DNA from: Promethearchaeota archaeon
Lineage (GTDB): Archaea > Asgardarchaeota > Lokiarchaeia > Sigyniarchaeales > SOKP01
DNA length: 32,000 bases
Assembly (NCBI GenBank): GCA_030606485.1
Contig: JAUWGH010000003.1
Coordinates: 270,001 to 302,000, forward strand
Direction: 5' to 3'
Part shown: in pieces, positions 26,237-32,000 of the stretch
Layout of the letters: every line of letters starts with the position of its first letter
How positions within the stretch are numbered: the first letter of the stretch is position 1
Translations under genes and position numbers: made by a program
The notes under the pieces: model-generated
Database searches by the model: none
What the model saw: the letters and a program-made list of their open reading frames with translations, nothing else
Told to the model about the DNA's origin: nothing

Positions 26237-26791
26237 ATGGAACAATTTGGTTTAACTATAATAACTATCATTCTGATAGCTTTAGGAATAGCTTTTGTAT
26301 TTGCAGAGTTAGAATCGGACGAAGCTGAATTTTTTGGTCCAGCTGCAATATTTTGTCTTATAATGGGGATAGCACTTTGGTTTATCTCTAATCCTGCTAG
26401 CTGGTTGATTTCTCCAGAATGGTTTGGGATTATTTCAATCATGTTAATAACTGTAGTATTGATTTTAATTAGTTTCTCCATTCTGCTTACATATAAAATG
26501 ATTATATTAAAAAAGAATCCCACAAATATATTTGAATTTGTAGGAGGAATTGGCAAAACAATCGATGAAATTGGGGAGGAAAAAAAAGGTTATATCCAAT
26601 TTCATGGTGAATACTGGAAAGCATATTCAGAAATGATTGTAAAACCCGGTCAGAGAGTAAGAATTTTAAAAAAAGAGGGACTCACTCTCTTTGTTGAGCC
26701 TGAAGAAAATTTGTTCTGCTCTAATTGTGGAGCTAAATTATCCTTTGATTCAGATTTTTGCAGTAATTGTGGAACTCATGTAAAAAATTAA
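26237..26791 (+). CDS. nfeD: Short NfeD-family protein (TM helices plus OB fold) fused to a C-terminal zinc ribbon
   Basis: 184 aa. Three TM helices, G.IQFHGEYWKA...GQRVRI...GLTLFVEP, then CSNC-x10-CSNC; adjacent to the SPFH gene. Confidence 0.85.
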   Translation: MEQFGLTIITIILIALGIAFVFAELESDEAEFFGPAAIFCLIMGIALWFISNPASWLISPEWFGIISIMLITVVLILISFSILLTYKMIILKKNPTNIFEFVGGIGKTIDEIGEEKKGYIQFHGEYWKAYSEMIVKPGQRVRILKKEGLTLFVEPEENLFCSNCGAKLSFDSDFCSNCGTHVKN

Positions 26792-26809
26792 GCATCAATA
26801 TTTTTTATA

Positions 26810-26840
26810 TTCGGGGTCATTAAACGAAAAATGACACGAA
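26810..26840. terminator. Imperfect hairpin in a convergent gap, possible terminator or processing element
   Basis: TTCGGGGTCATT-(AAACGAAA)-AATGACACGAA, 18 nt after the nfeD stop and just after a T-rich tract. Confidence 0.3.
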
Positions 26841-26999
26841 CTTCAATAATTTGATGAGAATTTATCGGTAGAAATAGTGGTTAAATTAGGTACCTTAGCT
26901 TTATTTAGTGAAAAAAAATAAAAAAAAAGAGATCTTATGATCAGAATAAACATCATCTGTTTTAAGAGAAGTCACCATTTCATTTTATTAAGATTACCT

Positions 27000-28460
27000 T
27001 TATTCTTTTTTTATACTATTTAAGGAAGTTTTTAAGACACTCTCGAATTTTTCATATGCAAAATCGGCGTCTTCTTCAGTAATATTCAATGGAGGTTTAA
27101 TTTTTATAACATTTCGCATCAACATTTGTCCAGTACCAGAAAAGATTGGCATACTTGGTCCTAAAAAGATTTTTTGTTTGGGTCCTTCTAAAACCATTTC
27201 TTCTAATAATTCCGTATAAGGTTCTCTTGATTTTTGATTCTTAACTAATTCAATTCCAATGAATAAGCCGGGACCGCGAATATCACCTATAACTTCATAT
27301 TTTTCTTGAAGTTCAAATAACCTTTTTGTAATTTGCTTTCCTCTGGCTTCACAATTCTCTCCAAATTTTTCCTTTTCAATCACTTTAATGGAAGCGAGAC
27401 CTGCAGTTAAGCTAATCGGGGTAGAACTGAAAGTAGTGTGTTCCTCAGTTGGAGTGTATCGCTTTTTAATTTTTGGTGATACAATCAATGCTCCTAAGGG
27501 AAAACCCCCTCCAATTGCTTTTGTAAACATCATCATATCAGGAGAAACATCAATTCCTAGTTCTTTTTCATATTTTTCAGTTAATGTAAAATATTTCCCT
27601 GTTCTCCAAACAGCAGTTTGACATTCATCATATATTGTAAAAATTTTTTCACGCTCACAGATATCTTTTAATTTTTTAAGAAATTCTGGAGGAAAAGGAA
27701 TGTGACCTCCTGCTGCTTGAAATGGCTCAAGTATAACTCCTATAAGCTTTTTAGGGGTCATTCCCATTAGATATTTCTCGACTAAGTCAAAACATTCTAA
27801 ATTACATTGTGGATCTCTTTTGCCATATATCCCATTTTTATATTTCCATAAGCATCGATAACAATAAGGTTGGGGAACTCTAGTGAAATGTTCAGTGCCA
27901 AACGGAGAGAATCTTGATACTGCATGAAACGGTTGGGAAGCACCTGTCGTTACTAGACTAGTGCCATGATAACCATGAAAAAATGTTAAGAAATGATCTG
28001 CACCTCTCCCTGCAATTATTGCCAGTTTTATTGCAGATTCAAGAGCCAGTCCTCCACCTTGATTATTTATTACTACTCTCCCACCTTTTAACTTCCCTGG
28101 TGCTAGTTCAGCTAGTTTATTGCAAAATTTTGCACGAGCTGGCGTTAAACAACCTGATCTTACGTGAGTTAATCTTTTCATCTGTTCATATACAGCATAA
28201 TTAACATCCGGATGTGCAAATCCTAAGGCAAGAGTCCAATTCATTGATGTACAATCAAAAATCTCTTCTCTTTCACCGGTTTTATTATCTTTTACAATAA
28301 CCCAGGGTGAGCCAGGCTCTTTCGCTTCGATTATTGTTTTAAGCTCAACAAAATTATTTAACGAATGTTTATCAAAATTCTCTATTTCTTCTAAGGAAAT
28401 ATCAGATGAGATTCCTTCTAATTCTTCCTTATCAATATATTTTGGATTAATATCTACCAT
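27000..28460 (-). CDS. Class III PLP-dependent aminotransferase
   Basis: 486 aa. LALGFAHP, NQGGGLALESA, FHGYHG, ILEPFQAAGG, IYDECQT, PDMMMFTKAIGGG (PLP Lys), HTTF, IRGPGLFIGIELV, IKPPL. Confidence 0.93.
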   Translation of the reverse strand: MVDINPKYIDKEELEGISSDISLEEIENFDKHSLNNFVELKTIIEAKEPGSPWVIVKDNKTGEREEIFDCTSMNWTLALGFAHPDVNYAVYEQMKRLTHVRSGCLTPARAKFCNKLAELAPGKLKGGRVVINNQGGGLALESAIKLAIIAGRGADHFLTFFHGYHGTSLVTTGASQPFHAVSRFSPFGTEHFTRVPQPYCYRCLWKYKNGIYGKRDPQCNLECFDLVEKYLMGMTPKKLIGVILEPFQAAGGHIPFPPEFLKKLKDICEREKIFTIYDECQTAVWRTGKYFTLTEKYEKELGIDVSPDMMMFTKAIGGGFPLGALIVSPKIKKRYTPTEEHTTFSSTPISLTAGLASIKVIEKEKFGENCEARGKQITKRLFELQEKYEVIGDIRGPGLFIGIELVKNQKSREPYTELLEEMVLEGPKQKIFLGPSMPIFSGTGQMLMRNVIKIKPPLNITEEDADFAYEKFESVLKTSLNSIKKE

Positions 28461-28583
28461 TTTTATACATTCTCAATCTAATTTTAATAAAATTTGTTTC
28501 CTATATTTTATCTAAAATGATATCATTTAAGAATTATAATATCGAGATACTTTAAAGGAGTAAATTAAATATTAAAATTTGAG

Positions 28584-30227
28584 ATGTCAATAAAAGAATA
28601 CTTCTTAGGATTGGATTGTTCAACTCAAAGTCTCACTGGGATCATTATAGATTTTGAAAGTAAAAAACCGGTTATTTCAAGATCACTCCCTTTTAGTGAA
28701 TATTTTCCTCATTATGATACAGACCATGGGATCATAAAATTTGAGGATGGAAAGGTTGTTCATTCATATCCACTTATGTGGGTCGAAGCTTTAGACTTGA
28801 TTTTTTCTAAATTTAAAGACGCAGCAATTGATTTGAGTTTGATAAAAGCAATTTCAGGAAGTGGACAACAACATGGCACAATATATTTAAATGAAAAATT
28901 TTGCAAAGCGCTTAAAAATCTTAATTCCACCAAGAATCTAAAGGAACAACTTGAAAATGTATTTTCTAGGGAAACTGCACCTATTTGGATGGATTCCAGT
29001 ACTACAAGACAATGCGAAGAGATTAGGAAATCACTTGGAGGTAAAAAAAATACTATTGAATTAACTGGTTCAGATACATTTGAACGTTTCTCTGGACCCC
29101 AAATAAAAAAATTTTATCAAGAAAATCCAGAAGATTATGAAAAAACAAAAATAATTCACCTTGTAAGTTCCTTTATGGCTTCAATTTTATTAGGTGATAA
29201 TGCTCCGATTGACCATGCTGATGGAGCTGGGATGAATTTAATGGATATAAGAAAAAAGATTTGGAGTGACAAAGTATTAGATGCAACAGCCCCCAATTTA
29301 AAAAATAAACTTCCAAATCTAATTAAATCTTATCATATTATTGGGACAATTTCTTCTTATTTTGTTAAAAAATATGGCTTTAATCCTGAAACCATTCTTT
29401 TGCCATGGTCTGGCGATAATCCAAATAGCCTTATTGGTGTTGGATTAATTGAAAAAGGAAAGGCAGCAATTAGTTTAGGCACAAGTGATACATATTTTGG
29501 TTTCATGGAAAAATTACATACTGACCCTCATGGAGAAAGCCATGTGTTTGTTTCTCCTACAGGTGATTATATGAGTTTAATTTGTTTTAAAAATGGCGCC
29601 ATTGCAAGGGAAAAAATTAAAAATAAATTTAATTTGAGTTGGGATGAATTTTCTAAAATATTAGAAAAAATACCTCCAGGAAATAATGGAAATATAATGT
29701 TACCATATTTTCTTCCTGAAATTGTCCCACACATATTAAATCCCAAGGTATATAGGTTTGGTTTTGATGAGAATAATAAGGATGCAAATGTTCGGGCTAT
29801 TATCGAATCACAGATATTATCAATGAGACATCATTCTGAATGGATTGGAGAAAAGCCAAACATTATTTATGCTACTGGAGGAGCTTCAAAAGATACTGCA
29901 ATACTTCAAATTATCGCGGATGTTAATGATGTTGATGTCGTTCAATTTGAAATCAGTAATTCCGCTGCATTAGGAGCAGCATTAAGGAGTGTTAAAACTT
30001 ATTACGATAAAAATGGAGTTAAAAAATCGTGGGCAGAGATTGTAAAAGATTTTACTTCAATGAGAGGAACTGTTATATCTCCTCGAAAAAAATATCGAAA
30101 ATTATATGATGATATGGTTTTTTTATATAAAGAATATGAAGATTTTGTGCTGCGTGGTGGAATAAACCCGGAAAAATATCGCCAGAAATTTATGGAATTA
30201 TATTTTAAAAAGAATAAAAAAATTTAA
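28584..30227 (+). CDS. xylB: Xylulokinase, FGGY family, eukaryotic XYLB/XKS1-like type
   Basis: 547 aa. LGLDCSTQ, LMWVEALD, SGSGQQHG, WMDSST, ERFSGPQI, HLVSSF, DGAGMNL, GDNPNSL, ISLGTSDT, ATGGAS. Confidence 0.85.
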   Translation: MSIKEYFLGLDCSTQSLTGIIIDFESKKPVISRSLPFSEYFPHYDTDHGIIKFEDGKVVHSYPLMWVEALDLIFSKFKDAAIDLSLIKAISGSGQQHGTIYLNEKFCKALKNLNSTKNLKEQLENVFSRETAPIWMDSSTTRQCEEIRKSLGGKKNTIELTGSDTFERFSGPQIKKFYQENPEDYEKTKIIHLVSSFMASILLGDNAPIDHADGAGMNLMDIRKKIWSDKVLDATAPNLKNKLPNLIKSYHIIGTISSYFVKKYGFNPETILLPWSGDNPNSLIGVGLIEKGKAAISLGTSDTYFGFMEKLHTDPHGESHVFVSPTGDYMSLICFKNGAIAREKIKNKFNLSWDEFSKILEKIPPGNNGNIMLPYFLPEIVPHILNPKVYRFGFDENNKDANVRAIIESQILSMRHHSEWIGEKPNIIYATGGASKDTAILQIIADVNDVDVVQFEISNSAALGAALRSVKTYYDKNGVKKSWAEIVKDFTSMRGTVISPRKKYRKLYDDMVFLYKEYEDFVLRGGINPEKYRQKFMELYFKKNKKI

Positions 30228-30266
30228 AATTAAAGGCTTAGTTCAGGTATTTTTCATCCCAAAATT

Positions 30267-32000
30267 TCACCTAATTTCAACCAATTTAACTGGTTTTATC
30301 ATAACTGGTCCAATTAAGCCCGAAGGCATAAACTCCTTTTTCTTTTTATGATTTTTCCAATTTTTTCCTCCTTTTTTACCATAACCAATCAACCGATTAC
30401 GCAATGTTGGAGTTATTATAATTTCAATTTTATTTTCTCCACTTTTAACAATATCGCTAACATCTATTTCAAATGGATAAACCAATAACGGTTGAGTTTC
30501 AATGTTGTTAATTTTTACGACTGCAACGTCATGGACCAGCCCAAGATTTAAAATTAATTTTAAATCTTCTTGGATGTATTTTTCCTCCAATATGAATTTT
30601 AATGTATAAACACCTTTACTTGAGCAATATTTTAATTCTGGTATATTGCACCAATCTTTTAACTCCTCTAAATTGATATGAATAGGAGTGAAATTACCTA
30701 GATGATCCCATAATTGAGTTTTAAAAACCCATTTCTCAAGTGAAATAGAAGAAGGTATTTCATTTTCGATTTTTATAACTTTCTCAGAACCATCGCTTAA
30801 TTTTACTAAAAAATGGCCAGTAGTTTCAAGTAATCCGTAAATTTTATTATTAATTCTTTTAGTTTTGATTGGACTTTCAATAACGTGAATTTCTTCTTCA
30901 CTTTTTTTAAATTCCAAGATATAAGAATCGTAAGCGTCAAAATATATATCTATCCTAATATAATCGTTCTCTCGTTTATACTGAACTGCTTGATTAATTT
31001 CTCCTGTCCATGGATTTAAAATAAATGGAATTTTGTCAATATGAGAAAATTTCATTGAGATATTTATCGGTTGATTGGTTGAATGACGAAGGAAATAACA
31101 GTCAGAATTTTCTGTAGCCTTATGAATATAATAAATTGACGGCTGTTCTCCCTCATATAAAATTTCGGGTTTAATTTTTAAATGTTCAATAATATATTGA
31201 GCGAGATTTATGGAATTCTCAACGTAATAAGATTTCTTATTTTCAATTAAATTCTTAATAATGCCTTCTATCTCTTTATCATTTACTTCAAAATTTAAAT
31301 ATCCGGGTTGTTTTTTAGGTAAAATATTGATGAATATAATTGGGATTCCAGATGTAGCAATATAATTTAATTTCCTTGCTAAGTCAAGTGAAATAGCATC
31401 AACATTCGGTAGTATTAATACCTCAAATTTAGCTCCCCCTATTAAAACTTTATTTTCCTTAACTTTACTATTTAATATGCTTTCTTCGTTGACATGTGTA
31501 TAATAGAAACCATTTGCAGTCAAGTTATCTGTTAAATTTAATAGAGATAAAGTCCATTTATCATTACCGTCTAAATTTTCCTTATTTTTTAAATGGGCAT
31601 TAATCTGACCTTTTGCTAAGGGAGCATCATTTTCATCCAAATACCCACCGACTAATTCCTCTTTTTTTAATATGGAATCACAATAATTAAATATTGGATA
31701 AAAAATTGCAACATTAGATACAGTTTTCCCGTGTTGTAATATATATTGGCATCTAGTTATATATTTATTCATAATTGGGAAATACTCCCAAAATGGGTTC
31801 ATTCTACTGAAATTTGATGAAAAATTCATTGAATTTGGTAAATAAGGTGTAGAAAACCCACAATAACCGGGGTATGGAAATAATGGATTTTGATAAGGGA
31901 AACCATGATATATCATCTGATTTATTCCTGAAATAAATAATCTATCTGCAGCAACTTTCCACTTAAGTGGTGTTGTCATATAATCTCTCTGATTCCATAC
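30267..32000 (-). CDS. Glycoside hydrolase family 106 (alpha-L-rhamnosidase-like), 5'-truncated by the window edge
   Basis: ADRLFISGINQMIYHG, YITRCQYILQHG...VAIFYP, NPWTG, LNLGLVHDVAVVKIN and PSGLIGPV match the GH106/GH2-like C-terminal region. The frame stays open upstream of the ATG at 31979 (V-W-N-Q-R-D-Y) to position 32000, so the real start lies outside the window. Confidence 0.75.
   Translation of the reverse strand, partial: VWNQRDYMTTPLKWKVAADRLFISGINQMIYHGFPYQNPLFPYPGYCGFSTPYLPNSMNFSSNFSRMNPFWEYFPIMNKYITRCQYILQHGKTVSNVAIFYPIFNYCDSILKKEELVGGYLDENDAPLAKGQINAHLKNKENLDGNDKWTLSLLNLTDNLTANGFYYTHVNEESILNSKVKENKVLIGGAKFEVLILPNVDAISLDLARKLNYIATSGIPIIFINILPKKQPGYLNFEVNDKEIEGIIKNLIENKKSYYVENSINLAQYIIEHLKIKPEILYEGEQPSIYYIHKATENSDCYFLRHSTNQPINISMKFSHIDKIPFILNPWTGEINQAVQYKRENDYIRIDIYFDAYDSYILEFKKSEEEIHVIESPIKTKRINNKIYGLLETTGHFLVKLSDGSEKVIKIENEIPSSISLEKWVFKTQLWDHLGNFTPIHINLEELKDWCNIPELKYCSSKGVYTLKFILEEKYIQEDLKLILNLGLVHDVAVVKINNIETQPLLVYPFEIDVSDIVKSGENKIEIIITPTLRNRLIGYGKKGGKNWKNHKKKKEFMPSGLIGPVMIKPVKLVEIR

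Noticed and set aside
3642-28204. Short alternative-frame or antisense ORFs in the track (3642..3920, 5843..6025, 8818..9033, 8880..9068, 9229..9492, 10134..10319, 10404..10646, 15284..15484, 16889..17119, 18663..18962, 20578..20856, 21289..21489, 23794..24165, 24217..24420, 25396..25584, 25817..26038, 26050..26556, 27388..27621, 27983..28204)
   Set aside because: All overlap well-supported genes, have no recognisable motifs and read like shadow translations.
31959-31970. Perfect 12-bp palindrome CCACTTAAGTGG
   Set aside because: It lies inside the GH106 coding frame (P-L-K-W) as a single copy and is explained by codon choice.
1-32000. CRISPR array, tRNA, rRNA, transposase or integrase
   Set aside because: No spaced repeat array, cloverleaf or GC-rich structural RNA, or recombinase motif was seen; the longest intergenic gap is only about 340 bp.

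Overview
AT-rich archaeal chromosomal segment, most likely from an Asgard archaeon (Lokiarchaeia-like). This assignment is inferred from the archaeal-type gene set (IOR, ADP-forming acyl-CoA synthetase alpha, tungsten AOR, A/V-ATPase), many TTG starts and several membrane/zinc-ribbon proteins. The centre is a complete, apparently catalytically intact but divergent A/V-type ATPase operon in an unusual order (K-C-H/G-F-E-A-B-D-I). It has a leader-bearing c subunit without the Na+ signature, extra segments in E and I, a probable ATT start for subunit I, a tightly linked 2-TM zinc-ribbon gene after I, and a head-to-head 495-aa helical protein with degenerate prenyltransferase-beta-like repeats. 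The left arm holds a ThDP enzyme, an MDR dehydrogenase, a UroD/MtaA-family protein, a VapBC-type TA pair, a zinc-ribbon membrane protein, SDR plus Old Yellow Enzyme, and iorB-iorA-acyl-CoA synthetase alpha. The right arm holds AOR, stomatin/SPFH plus a short NfeD with a zinc ribbon, a class III aminotransferase, a eukaryote-type (XYLB-like) xylulokinase and the 3' part of a GH106-like glycosidase cut by the window edge. I saw no tRNA, rRNA, CRISPR array, transposase or intein. All family assignments come from motif reading and recalled family knowledge; no database search was run.
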